64,000 bases of DNA from Octopus sinensis (Eukaryota), in contig NC_043000.1 in assembly GCF_006345805.1 (NCBI RefSeq), forward strand, positions 39,556,001 to 39,620,000. The letters are read 5' to 3'. Positions 49,701 through 64,000 of this stretch are shown here, piece after piece. The translations under genes were made by a program, and so were the position numbers. The stretch's first letter is position 1. Every line of letters begins with the position of its first letter. The notes below the pieces were generated by a model. It made no database searches. It saw nothing but the letters and a program-made list of their open reading frames with translations, and was not told the DNA's origin.

Positions 49701-52309
49701 TAGGAGCAGTCAAGAAAGGAGTGGTATACATTACAAAAACAAAACAAAAAAATCTAAAAGTTTTGGAAATATTTTAGTCATAATTTCCATTGCATAAAAC
49801 AGGAATATTAAACAAATACAGTAAGCAAAAAACTATAGAAACTACTGTTTTCCTTTCTCTCCTGTTTGAATCTGATATATATATATATATAATCTAGAGA
49901 GAGATAGAGATAGAGTTAGGTAAATATAGGAAAGCAAGAAATGAAAGACAGACAAATAGAAAGGCTTTTACTGATATCCTCACAGATTTTGAATCTTCAA
50001 AAGTAATTGAAAATGTTCAAATTTGCTATTTTGATTTAGTTTTTCACACTGAATCCCAGTTTGTGATTAATTCATTTTAGAAAACATTTAGAAAATTGTT
50101 ACAGAAGTTTAAAGTTTAATCCTTTTTCCAAATCAGAAAAGAAGATTTGTAAGTGATAGCTGAGATAAAATGAAAGCAAACATTAGAAGACAAAGTTCAA
50201 AACAAAATGAAAACAACATGTGAAAGAGAATGTATATACAGAGAGACATAAAAAGTGTGGTAACTAGTAGAGAGAGACTGATGGTGATAGAGAGTAGATC
50301 TAAAAGTTGAGTTATTTCTCAAAGATTACATATGTTTTTATCATTATCTGCAGATGGCTTCCTCTTCAAGATGATAATTATCTTTTTCTTTATTACTATT
50401 TATGGTTGATTTTCTGTTTGGGATGCAGATTTCAAGTGAAATTCGTCTTTCTGAAAAACACAGCATTTGAGGGCTTTTCAGGGTTAAACACACAGTAGAC
50501 TGAAAGACAGAGGGAGCCAACAAGAGTTAGCAGATGCTATGGTTCATATAAAAGGTACATTTCTATGATGCCTTTAAGAAACAAACAATTTACACACCAC
50601 AAGTTCAGAGTTTTCAATTTTGTAAATAGAAACATTTGGACACAGCATGCACAGGCTTAATTCCACAATATATTATGTCACCTTTCAGGAAAAAAAAAAC
50701 ACTTTATGTATTGGTGAAAATTCAACATTGTTGGAGAGAATAAAGATTAAAGATGTAGTTCAAAAAGGTTAACTAACACAGAGGACTGGAAACCATCTGA
50801 ATATTGGAAGAGAGTTAGCTGTATCATTATGATTCATACTGGGTATAAAAGATGCTGACATTATGACTGCTGTTAAATGCTTTCTGAACACTGTAAAAGA
50901 TGTAAGACATGACATGCACAGCAGCAACAGAGACTACAATGCAGCGGGCTCATGTCTGGGTGTGTCTCTTGACTGCTAGTCAGACTTCTGCAAAGAATCA
51001 AAAGTACTTCTCAGAGAATTTCTATGCTTTCTTCATCCCTAATTCATGGCCTCTTAATTCTCCTGGTTGTAATCATTTGTGAGGCACAGTTGAGAAAGAC
51101 ACTGACTGTTCTGTTTCAACATAAATGCTGAGCAAGTAGACAAGATCAAGGAGGTGCTTGAAGATTTTTCCAGGGACAAAGTGAGAATACTTATGCCAGG
51201 TTCTGGAGTTGTCTTGGGACCATGGTGGAAGCTGAGAGTGGCTACTTTGAGTAAACTGCTGTCTTCCAGCCGTAATCTAGTTCATATTCTTTTAATATAT
51301 TCTTATTCTTAGATGGGATACTGTGGTTTATGTTATTATTATGCATACTGTCAAACTTAACGCAAACACCCTTCACGAATAAGGCCACATGTTGCTCCAT
51401 TAATCATACACAAAAGAAATGACTCTAGAAATAGATCACAGGTGAACTGGCTTTCGTTTAGAATTGTCAGCTAAACAAGTATTTTGAGTTGTTAATACAT
51501 AGACAGGTTGTAGTTGTTGTCCATTGTGTAAATATCTCTGAGTAGACAGAATAAGAGAGAAATGTTACATCTGTAACAGCCAGCAAGGAAAGAGAAGAAA
51601 TCACATCTTTATCTCTCTGACATCACTGAGAAAAGGTATGCCGCCTCTGTTACAGGTGTCAAGTGAAAGAGAGAGAGCATTCTATTTACTGTTCCATTTT
51701 TATAAAAATTTCTTGATTAAGTTAGGTCACAGTAACAAAAGATATTTTGTAGGTTATCTAAGTTGAACTGAATATAACCTCACATACTGAAAAAGTGAGT
51801 AAGTTTAGCAGAGTTGACAAATGATAGTAAGAGATCTCCAAAACGTTTCTCAACCTTATGAAAATCATCATAATTTGGACACTTGAAAACCTATCTCTGC
51901 AAAGTTTAATTTGCAGAAATCATTAATCAGAAACTAACAAGGAATCAGTCTGGTGTGGGGCACTAAACTATACTTCTCCCTTTGAGATCTCTTCTGTTTT
52001 GTACATGAGGTCATTGTTTTTGTCATTATTTGACAACTTTACAATATTCCTGTGTATGAAAATATCATAACCTATATTGTTATATAACATATCTAATCAG
52101 GGAAGCATTCAAAATACAGTAAATATGCTGTAATTACAGGATGTGATATTCAAGAAAGAATAATGTGGAGGGTTGTCAGGAGGAGGAGATTTGGTATAAA
52201 GGTCCCTACATTATGGAAAGGAAACTGCATGAGTGGTCAAGAAAGGAGAAGGAGGTGAATATTGCAACAATGAAAAAAAAAAAATCGAACTATAGAAACC
52301 ACTCTTTAC

Positions 52310-53712
<1,403 letters not shown>

Positions 53713-55514
53713 TACTTTTCCTCTCAAATCCCAGTCAATATATTTTTCTTTCTTTTGTCTTTATACTTTTTTTCCTTACATACACTTCTACTGCTGTAAT
53801 TCTGTCCAGCGTTACCTTTGTGTAGCCACACTTTCATAAACTTTTCCAACTTTAATTAGCACATAGTCTTATCTTCTTGACACTCCAGTCAGTGATGTTC
53901 AGAAATTTCACAGATAATATTATTTTAGAGCAAATATTTCACAAGAATTCTTCCACATATTTGCAGAAACAATGTTATACATCTGTTTTGTAGAATATTC
54001 TTCTTTAGTCTTTAAAACATGGCAGATATTGAGGATGCTTCTTCTGTCATTTGATGCTTTGAAATTATAGAGACAAAAACAGTGTCAAATGTAGAGGCTA
54101 TTTAAAAATACAGATTCATTTCTATTGAGACAAACTGTAGAAACATACATTTACCATAACAACTGAGCTGGGTGCCAACAGTTCCATAAAGAAGTGCTGC
54201 TCTCTCAAAGTAGTTGGAACAAGTGGAAGTGGGACACCCAAGAAGACACGGAAAGAAGTACCAAAGAGCAAAATCAGGATGCTGAACCTTTCAGGTGATA
54301 TGATAAACACCAATGATGCCTGTCACTTCGCTGTACACCACAGCAGAAGTATTTAGACTCATTCCTCTGGTGGCCAAAAGCATTTGTGACCGTTCTTTAT
54401 AAAAGTGGGTGTGCAGAGCCATGTAAAAGTGCCATCTTGTTAAAGCAACTGTATGGTTGCACATAAAAGTGTGTGAGCAGTGACAGATAAAGCACTCTTG
54501 GTACTGTGAAGTGGTTGGCACTTGTAAGGGCATCTAGCAGTAGAAAACCTAATAAATTAAACTGGAATGTGCTGCAGCTCCCCAGCTCTGGTTAAACCAT
54601 CCAACCATGGACAACAGACATTAAAAAATGATGATGAACTTAACACTTTAATTTATTAAAATTGACATCACAGAATCTTGTGTGAAGCTTACATATTTGT
54701 AAACTACACTGACACCTTCACATTGCGTAACAATTTTCAAATAAAACTACAAGCTGGTGGACACTAACATTAGTTTTTCTCCAGAAATATGGCTAATATT
54801 ATTATATCAGCATTAATGTCTCATGAGCAGATGCAAATCAGATTTTCATAACTTTTTCCCCACCCCCATCATTTTCAAATGCATAGTGAAGATATTTTGA
54901 AAAAAATACCCCTCAAAACAAATAATATCCAACTTATGTGGGTGAGCTAATCCGACACTCCGCCTCATTTTTCAGCATCATTTTGAATCTACAAATATGA
55001 GGAAATAAAGTCGATGTATATAAATTATCCATAACCTCCATTCAATTTTACTTATCTTTGCACAACAGATTCCTACATAATCCTCATCTACACCACTACG
55101 TACTTTCAGAAAATTATATTTAGAATTACCCATTTTTGAGAAAGTTATGAGGAAACAAATTACTAGTTGGTTGGGCACACATTGATAGTAATACCGAGAA
55201 ACAATCAATAGATTACAATAAAGTATTGGTTTCCAAACATTTCAGTGGTTGGAGTGTATTTGAGAATATTCCTCAAACTAAAACACACAATAAACTAACC
55301 AGGCAATTATGGGGAGTGCTGAAGGTAGCTTCCATAGCTAGAAATAGCAGCCAAATCCTGCAGAAATCATAGATATCTCTCTTGCATACCTAGAAATATC
55401 AAATGGCTGAATTATGATGTAACAATATACTGAAACCCATCATAGCCCTTCTATTTTTACAAAATTTTTTCAATTCTCTCTTTTGCATAATGAAATCAAT
55501 ATGATTACGCAAAC

Positions 55515-55710
55515 AGGCGGTGAACTGGCAGAATCGTTAGCATGCCGGGTGAAATGCTTAGTGGTAATTTGTCTGTCTTTACATTCTGAGTTCAAATTCC
55601 GCCGAGGTTGACTTCACCTTTCCTCTTTTCAGGGTCATACTATGTACTGGGGTCGATTTTATCAACTGGTCATCTCCCCAAAAATTTCGGGCCTTGTGCA
55701 TAGAGAAGAA
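55515..55710 (+). mobile_element. tRNA-derived SINE family B
   Basis: aggcggtgaactggcagaatcgttagc...gagttcaaattccgccgagg...ctggggtcgat. Confidence 0.8.
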
Positions 55711-56142
55711 AAGAATACGGTTATGCAAAAAACAAAAAAAAATTCTGTTTTTAAATTACACCCAGCCTATATCCCCATTTTTTTTAATTCATGGTTTTAA
55801 AATACACAGTCCACATCTACCATTAATTTCTCTTTATTATTTCCAAATATTTTTTAATACTTTCATAGAAAAATGTCAATCGATGGTCTTCACACTTTTT
55901 CACATAATCCTGGACTTCATACGTGAAATGCCAGTGATATACTGCATGTCCATCAACAATATTAGCAGACAGACAGTCGTACATTGGTACAACATATGGT
56001 CCTAGTAGACGAAAACCTTCTTTTTAAGAAGAAAAAAATGAAACTGGAAGAATGAAGAAGTTTTGGGTACTTGTAATCATCGTAACTGACAGTGTGCCAG
56101 ATTTTTATGTGCGTGTATAATTAAAATACGTATTCACCAATG

Positions 56143-56175
<33 letters not shown>

Positions 56176-56191
56176 TACATATATATATATA

Positions 56192-56256
<65 letters not shown>

Positions 56257-56257
56257 C

Positions 56258-56334
<77 letters not shown>

Positions 56335-56992
56335 CAGCAAAGCCTAATGGTGTGAATTTTCTAAAACTCCTTTAGGGACAAACAGTTTTCACAACGAATT
56401 CCAATTTAATAGAATCTACACGATCTGAAGCATATTTGTAGAAAATTTAACCAAGAAATATTTACTTTTCTCAAGTTTATGAAGTAGCAAATCTTTGGGG
56501 CACAATCGTGTAGATATGCCAATATATATATATATATATATATACGCGGATGTATATAAAACTAACTCTAAAAATGTATGTATGTGTGTTATATGTTTAT
56601 ATATGTTTCTGTGTGCATTTATAAGTTTCAGAAGATTTTAGAATAATGGAATAAAAGTCAGTCATAATAAGAGATCTCCCATTTTTCAGAAAGTTATGAA
56701 GAAACAAATTACGAGTTGGTTAGGCACACATCGATAGTAATTCTGAGAAACAATTAAAATAAAGTATTGGTTTCCAAATATTTCACTGGTTGGAGTGTAT
56801 TTGAGAATATTTCTCAAACTAAAACACACAACAAACTAACCAGGCAACGACGGAGAGAGCAAGAAATAGTAGGCAAATCTCGAACATATAAAAGACATTT
56901 TTCTTTCGTAGTTAGAAATAGCAACCAAATCTCGCACAAATGAAGGACATCGGTAAAATTACGGTATGATTACCGTTAATGTGAAAGTGGAG

Positions 56993-57829
56993 CACGTGCT
57001 TTTGTTTATATTTGAAGAAGATCGTCGCTTTCCGTAAAATTTTTAAAAAATTATATATATGTGGGGTGGGGGGAAGGTATCTTTTGAAGTCGGCGTAAAA
57101 ACGAGACAGAGAGAGTGCGATTGGATCGGGGAAGTTCTTTTGAAGTTGGCGTTCGGTGTGTGTGTGTGTGTCTGTCTGTCTGTCTGTGTGAGTGCTACAG
57201 TTTTGTTCCTGCTGCTAACTTTTTCTTTCTCTCGGTTTATTTTTTTATGTTTGTTGGCGATTTTATGATCAGATTCAAAGATACGTTTTTATTATTATTT
57301 TTTTTTTTTCGTTTATATTATTTGTTTTGAAATGAATTATATAAATACAGGCCCGTAATTCTATTCTTGTTAGTATGAATCAGGAAGCCCTTGGATGCAG
57401 AGACGTTTGGAACTTAAAATCTTTCGTTTTATCTTCGTTTTGTACATACAAACACAGACTCACAAGCACACATACACAGCGACACCAAAGCACAGACAGA
57501 ATTTTGCACACACACACACGCCTGTACACACAAACACAGACTCACAAGCACACACACACACAGCGACAGACAAGCAAAGGCACAAACACACACACACTCT
57601 CTCTCTCACACATGCACGCACATCAATTCTTCCGATTCACGCCAACTTCAAAAGAACTTCCCTCATACAATCGCGCTCTCTCTCTGTCTCTTTTGCTTTC
57701 ACGCCGACTTCAAAAGATCCCATTTCCCCCAGCCCCACAAAAATCCTATTTCCCTCACCCCTAAAAAAATAGAAAAACAAATTTTCAGAAATCGACGATC
57801 ATCTTCACAAATGTAAATAAACACACGTG
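56993..57829. mobile_element. Old MITE-like element with long degenerate inverted ends and an internal (CA)n-rich tract
   Basis: cacgtg..tttgaagaagatcgtcg and ttttgaagtcggcgt at left are mirrored by acgccgacttcaaaag and cgacgatcatcttcacaaa..cacgtg at right. Confidence 0.65.
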
Positions 57830-57915
57830 ATTTGTAACTAGCAGTCGTGTGTTCTTGTAACGAAAGATCGCCCCAGAATTAAAAACATTGAATATCTTCA
57901 TTGTTTAATACTTAC

Positions 57916-58085
57916 GGAAATATTTCATAAAGGATAGTGTTGTTCTATGTGTTTATGTGGTGGTTGAGGGATGCTTTATAAATATTATAAATGTATTTTA
58001 TCAGCTGATGAAGAGAAATTCATGCAGAAGTCATTTAACCGGATGTCAACATCAAGTAGGAAGCACGTTGAATGCGCATGCGTAT
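57916..58085 (-). promoter_or_regulatory. Second copy of the putative ZNF promoter/first exon
   Basis: Donor cc|gtaagtatt at 57915; tgcgcatgcgta at 58073-58084; gatgtcaacatc shared with 43458. Confidence 0.5.
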
Positions 58086-58137
58086 CTCCTCTCCAGTAAT
58101 ATTTCAAGCAGCAAAGTCTAATTATCTCTCAGTATAA

Positions 58138-58545
58138 GCTGGCAGAACCATTAGCATGTCGGGCGAAATGCTTAGCGGTATTTCGTCTGCGTTACGTTGT
58201 GAGTTCAAATTCCGCCGAGGTCGACTTTGCCTTTCATCCTTTCAGGGTCGATAAATTAAGTACCAGTAACGCACTGGGGTCGATGTAATCGACTTAATAC
58301 CTATGTCTGTCCTTGTTTGTCCTCTCTGTGTTTAGCCCCTTGTGGGTAGTAAAGAAATAGGTATTTCGTCTGCCGCTACGTTCTGAGTTCAAATTCCGCC
58401 GAGGTCGACTTTGCCTTTCATCCTTTCAGGGTCGATAAATTAAGTACCAGTTACGCACTGGGGTCGATGTAATCGACTTAATACCTATGTCTGTCCTTGT
58501 TTGTCCCTTCTGTGTTTAGCCCCTTGTGGGTAATAAAGAGATAAG
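58138..58545 (+). mobile_element. SINE family B with ~183-bp internal tandem duplication
   Basis: ggtatttcgtctgc... starts at 58177 and 58360, near-identical. Confidence 0.88.
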
Positions 58546-58596
58546 TATATTACTGTAGATGTGTCCCGTAGAGAGGGAGACCAACTAAACTCGTTA

Positions 58597-59030
58597 GGAT
58601 CTTTTCGGTTTGACCGGCAGTTTTTTAAAATAATTTCCACGTAACTAAACACTTTAAAACTTCGTATACTAGTAGAATGTGTTTATAAAACATCTTTTTG
58701 GCTTTATTGAGAAAATTCTATGGTTTGTAAGATATTTGTTGTTGTTTTTTCTTCAATATCTGCAATTTCAACCAATCAATGACGTCTATTGAGGTGAACA
58801 CATACTGTGCCGTATGAATATGTCCCTCGTTTAAGAAACAGATTAGGTTTATATACATTTCTGAAGAAAAAAGATACTCTTCCCCCCACCTCTAACCCTA
58901 ACGAAACCTAACTCTAACCCTAACCCTAAAACAGATTGAAATGCAATAGATCGATACTAGGGTAATAATAATGGGTGACAATTTCATATGACACCGCTAG
59001 AAAAAAATTGCCGTTCAAACCGAAAGATCC
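58597..59030. mobile_element. MITE with ~30-bp TIRs, 8-bp TSD and internal (CTAACC)-like repeats
   Basis: TIR ggatctt(t)tcggtttga(c/a)cggca; flanks actcgtta (58589-58596) and actcgcta (59031-59038). Confidence 0.85.
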
Positions 59031-59604
59031 ACTCGCTATTAGGAGAGGTTGGGAAGGTGAAAGTGTGGTTGGGGTGAAGTGTAATATCGGAAAGAAAGAG
59101 GAGACGCTAAACTGATAGAAGTTACGAGAAGTTTAATGGGTCTGAGTTAAGGCACTTGTGAATCTGTTAGGGGGAATGAATGGGTAGAAGAAAAGCGACA
59201 TTTGAGAAATTAGTAATTAGCGATGGCGAAACGAAAAGTTAAAAAAACTGAAAAGTGGAAAAACTGAAAAATGATGAAAGGGAAAAAAATCATGGAAAAA
59301 TGATGAGAGGCTGAGGCAGAGTGAAAGGTCGAGGTTTTACTAGATTACATGAACTGTGAGGAGACTCTTGGAAATCTTCGTTTAAAATTCCAGATTTTTT
59401 TGTTGTTTTTCTTTTCAAAAATATTTTCTGCATTATTTTCTTTTAAGTTTTAGTTGTTCAAAAGTTAAAAAAATATTTCAAAACTTCCCCCAGAAGTCTC
59501 ATGGGGGTTAAATAAATTTTCATGGTTTAACAGGTTTATGATGGATTGATTGCTTGATTGATTGATAGGCAGACAGACAAATGGCTTGATGGATGGATGA
59601 ACAG

Positions 59605-59642
<38 letters not shown>

Positions 59643-59794
59643 TATGTGAAATAGAAAGATGAATAATCTTGTAGTAGATTAATCAAAAGTTTAACCGATA
59701 CCTTAGTAGCAAAAATCACAGCAGTGAACAGCACGGTTGGAGGTACAACCATCTGGCGTTGCAACCGTGCGTTGGTGCGGATAATTGAAATTAA

Positions 59795-59924
59795 AACATT
59801 ATTGGTGAATTGAAGAAATGGAGCTGAACGCAGATTGAACAGAAATCGTTTTATTTCATTCTAATAAAAACGATTTCTGTTCAATCTGCGTTCAGCTCCA
59901 TTTCTTCAATTCACCATTAATGTT
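59795..59924. repeat. Near-perfect foldback (~61-bp arms, 7-nt spacer)
   Basis: aacatta.tggtgaattgaagaaatggagctgaacgcagattgaacagaaatcg mirrored. Confidence 0.85.
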
Positions 59925-59929
59925 ATATA

Positions 59930-60051
<122 letters not shown>

Positions 60052-60105
60052 TATATGTATGTATGTATATATATATATAGATAGATAGATAGATAGATAG
60101 ATAGA

Positions 60106-61505
60106 TTTCTTTATTCGCCACGCAGGGCTGAACACAGAAGGGACAAGATACCAAGTAGAGCTTTTCTTTTGGGGAAGAAGAGAAGGAAAATAAAAAGTAA
60201 ATTAAACAGGGTCAAATTCCGATCAAAAGGGATCGCGAAAAGAAAAAAAAACAAAAACAAAAGAACGTGGGGCCGATCAGTAGGGATCGTGTATCACAGA
60301 AATGTCAATGTAAAAAGGGAAAACAGATTAGGTTCGTCCGTGGATAGAAAAGCATATGGAAAAGACCACGGGAACCTTGGGCAATAGTGTCATGAAAAAG
60401 AAAACGCATTACAATAGGTGGGTCTCATTTTTCCCTTCGTATTTTTTTTCTTTTGGTTCATAGGATTATGCTCAAGCCGGCTCCGTCATTCACACGTGCC
60501 TGCCTTGCTACATTCATCTTTTTTTTTTAAGCATTCACTAGACAAAACTTCCCTTTCTACTACCACCTTCCTCTTCAAGTGATACTTGAAGAAGTTGATG
60601 AGAGATTGACCAGAGAGGAAAGTGTTTGTCTCTAGACCTTTCAGACGCGTCCACCATACACATTCTTTCGCCATAGCCACAAGTACGGTGAAAATGACTC
60701 TTCCTTCCCGTTTCAAGAAAAGAGGCGCGACAATATTCATGATAGACTCGGTTGATAAACCGACTCGTTCCACACACAATAGCAGTCGTTCGACATAGGC
60801 CTACAGGTCGGAAATGGTTGGTCACTGTACGAGTGTGTGCAGGATGGTTTCGTCGCTCTGACCGCATCTCGGACAGGTCGGTCCCGTGTTTCTCGTGCCA
60901 TGCCTGCAGAGCTTATCCAGAACGGGTAGCGCTTCTCGATAGTACTGTCAGGCCAGGGAACTCTGGAAGTTGTCCATAGATCCCGGCCCGAAAGTCGTCT
61001 TGAGCAGGCGGGTCAGGTATTCCTCGTCGACGCCCATCGTCGTACATCCCCTCCACTAATCCCCTATAGAATGCTTTGGTTGTGTTGAAGTCGCTCAAGG
61101 TCGACCCAGGACGGCATAGTTGCTTGAGAGCAACGCGACACTCGCGGTGCCATTTGCCCTTCTTTGGCCTCTTTTTGATCCACGACTGCAGTTCGGTCAT
61201 GGAGACAAGCTGCCATAAAAGCGCGCCTCACAAACAGCGACCTCACCTGTTCACTGTCCTCTACGTAGAGCCGGAGATGTCGCAGTCTCAGCGCGTGTCT
61301 GCACATCATCAACCACGGCATGCTCAGCCCTCCTTTTAACGGGTGTTGACAGCAAATGGATTGCCTGACCATCTTCCACAAGAAGCAGAAGAGAATGTGT
61401 TCTAGTTTGGTGATGGTAGGGTCGGGATAAGGCACGACAATCAGGCGGTAGTGGACGACAGACGCGATGTACGTGTTCGCTACCTCCGCCCGACCTTTTA
61501 GGGAC
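60106..61505 (-). mobile_element. Tx1/L1-clade LINE 3' fragment flanked on both sides by (GATA)n
   Basis: [35 protein letters not shown]; 3' end aataaagaaa then (tatc)n. Confidence 0.8.
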
Positions 61506-61567
<62 letters not shown>

Positions 61568-61568
61568 G

Positions 61569-61648
<80 letters not shown>
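61506..61648 (+). repeat. (GATA)n microsatellite (also 31020-31080 and 60077-60105)
   Basis: Direct reading. Confidence 0.97.
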
Positions 61649-61721
61649 AGAGACCTACTGTTGGCGTGTAGTCTGTGTATAGCTTTGCTGCTAGTTCTGG
61701 GGTTAAGTATAACTTGACATA

Positions 61722-61758
61722 TATGAGCGCTTTCGGATCTATAATCCTTAATCAGATG
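61722..61758 (-). ncRNA. Decayed hammerhead motif (G8 replaced by U)
   Basis: Minus strand cat|ctgatta|a-ggat-tatag-atcc|gaaa|gcgc|tc|at; palindromic AGCGCU. Confidence 0.5.
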
Positions 61759-61899
61759 TTCCATGGTGGTTACTGCTGGCGTCGGTTACAAGTTTCGGAG
61801 GCAGTAAATGAATTTCCGGCCGTCAAGTTCATTCTGGCGGATGAGGCTGGCTACCCTCTTTCTGGTGAAATTTACTTCCTTTATTAGGAGGTTGGCTGC

Positions 61900-62350
61900 A
61901 TCTCTTCGCCTTGCAAGTATATGGGAGGAGAAATCCCCATCAGTGTTGGTGGTATTGGAATATAGTGCTGGGCTTTGTGGCCTTCTAAATAGTGTTTCTT
62001 CACTCTGATGTGAAGCTATCGTTTAGTCGATCCTATATATGTTCCCTCACAAGTACAAGTATCTCATAGATCAGGTGAGTTTGTAAACACAGCCGGACAC
62101 TGTCTGTTGGCTGTCTGACTTTGATGGGGCAATGGTCCATACAGTATGTATCCTATATGTTGTTACTATGTTAGAGGTAGTGTCTGAGGGTATGATCTTA
62201 CCTCATGATTCTGATAAGGAGGCCAAACATTTTGATGTCATTCTTTATCTGGTTCTCAGCATGTTCTCCATAGTATTAGGTTGTCCGCAACATTCAGAGC
62301 TTTTTAAAGCTAAATCTTTTAACACTTCATTGAACACACCTAAAACTTAA
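61900..62350 (-). mobile_element. Penelope-like GIY-YIG remnant, family D
   Basis: SGCVYKL / TCTCEGTYIGSTKR*LHIRVKKH. Confidence 0.65.
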
Positions 62351-62439
62351 AACAGTGAAAACTTTGGCGTTGCTTGAAGTGGTAGTGCATCACTTCTTTA
62401 TTCTTAATTAGAAATAGATTTATCTTTCATCCCAAGTAG

Positions 62440-63340
62440 CTTTTATTTATATTTGAAACGGACAACCCAAAATTTTATATTCGCGTTGAAATGCTTGGAG
62501 AAACTGTAGCAAAGACTTGGAAAAACATTTATGAAGTTTATGGTGATGATCCTGTAGGTGAATCAACTATTCGAAGGTGGTTTGCAAAATTTAAAGCTGG
62601 AGAGTTTAGCTTGGAAGAAGACAGTCGCAATGGATGAAGATCTTTTGAAGGCAAAAATTGAAGAAAACTTAAGTATCATGATTGAAAACTTGCAAAGGAA
62701 TTGAAAGTTTCTAAAAGTATGGCTCAGAAATACTTAGGTGAATCTAGGATACATTCCTCGTTATAATGTATGGGTCCCTCACAAACTCTCAGATAAGAAT
62801 TGCTTGGACTGGTATTCTATTTGCGATATGCTTTTGACACGGAGTGAAAGCATGTCTTTTTTGTTGAAGCAACTTGTGACTGGAGATGAAAAATGTGTAC
62901 GAAAATGTAGTACGAAAGAGATCCTGGAGTTTGCCCAAGGATCCCCCAAAACAGCAAGCTGCAAAAGATAAGCTTTGTGTTTGGTCGAATCATAAAAGCA
63001 TTATTTATTATGAGCTTCTCCCACAGAACAAGACCATTAATTCTGATGTGTACTGTTGTCAGCTGGCTAATTTGAACCAAGAAACCAAAGAATTGAGGCT
63101 GGAAATTGCCAGCAGAAAAGTGGGTAGTATTCCAAGAAGATAATGCCTAACCATGTGTGTCTTTGGCTACCCGAATAAAGTTACATGATCTTGGCTGGGA
63201 TCTCTTAACCCATCTACCATAGTCTCCTGATATTTCGTCATCTGACTGCCACTTGTTTTTGTCTCTGAAGAACTCATTGCAAGGAAAACCATTGAACTAT
63301 TTAGATGCAGTCAAAATGCATCTAAACGTTTTTTCTTCAA
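62440..63340 (+). pseudogene. Mariner-family transposase relic
   Basis: EVYGDDPVGESTIRRWFAKFKAGEFSLE, WVPHKL, LVTGDEK, IIYYELLPQNKTINSDVYC, SPDISSSDCHLF; many stops/frameshifts. Confidence 0.9.
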
Positions 63341-64000
63341 ATCCTGTCAAATGCCAGTGAACTGGTACCACATCAAGGCCGTATATTCCTGAAATGCCTG
63401 TCTACCAGCACACTACCTGTCTTCAGTTTTCACCATTTTGTACCCTTGTGTTATGAAATAAGCTTGTCTTTCAGCATATATTCTAAAATTTAAAATTTTC
63501 AGTGAAACTCACTGGGAGCTTAGGTTGGTGCACTGAATTCCTGTGAGTGGGTAGGGTTCAAAGGGTTAAATTGCCTGATAGAGGGACAAAAGTTATTAAT
63601 CATAACGGAAAATGTTTCATTGAATAAAATTTATTGAAAATTCTTAATATGCTTTTTGCATAGTAAAATACGCTGAGAACTTTCTGGACAACTTAATAAT
63701 ATTTCTTTTACTTGTCGCCAGATCGATAGACATTCAGAGAAGGAAATTGAGTAAAACCACAATAAATAGGAGGGGGTCTGGCGATAGCCAAAACCTGATC
63801 AACTCCTTCCTGCATAGAAAATGCATCAAAGTACTGATTGTTAAGTCTCACTAGCCATTCATCTACTAGCTTTTGCAGCAGCAGCATCTGCCGTATGAGG
63901 AAGGGAGTCTCCCAGCCAAACGCTTCGTCTCAGTTCACCAATGCTAAGTACGGTGGTTTATTTCTTATTCAATACTTCTGAAATTGCTAAACCACAAAGT

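Noticed and set aside
58005-58018. ctgatga-aga-gaaa
   Set aside because: No room for stem II, and the paralogous block at ~43420 lacks it
58890-58930. Telomere
   Set aside because: Only a few degenerate ctaacc units, inside a MITE

Overview
AT-rich, microsatellite-dense metazoan DNA. The SINE types and the clustered C2H2 zinc-finger genes point to an octopus-like coleoid cephalopod (inference, not a database match). About 1-38 kb is decayed retroelements: three copies of one CR1-group LINE plus a second CR1 family, RTE LINEs (one 5'-inverted, one with a 159-bp tandem array in its 3'UTR), fragments of at least four Penelope-like element (PLE) families, a Tx1/L1 ORF1 fragment and tRNA-derived SINEs. 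About 39-58 kb is a minus-strand tandem cluster of three C2H2-ZNF paralogs (one intact with 10 fingers, one 5'-damaged with 9 fingers, one SINE-disrupted pseudogene) and two copies of a putative promoter/first-exon module. About 58-64 kb holds MITEs, a Tx1 fragment inside a (GATA)n tract, another PLE fragment and a mariner relic. The most striking signal, absent from the ORF track, is about 9 well-formed and several decayed minimal type I hammerhead-ribozyme (HHR) motifs from unrelated sequence families. They have different palindromic stem III sequences, and three have a U3:A8 covariant core. They lie 3' of PLE endonuclease remnants or inside foldback elements next to simple repeats. Four unrelated foldbacks share a 13-nt spacer. 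All folds and alignments were done by eye; no searches were run and ribozyme activity is untested.
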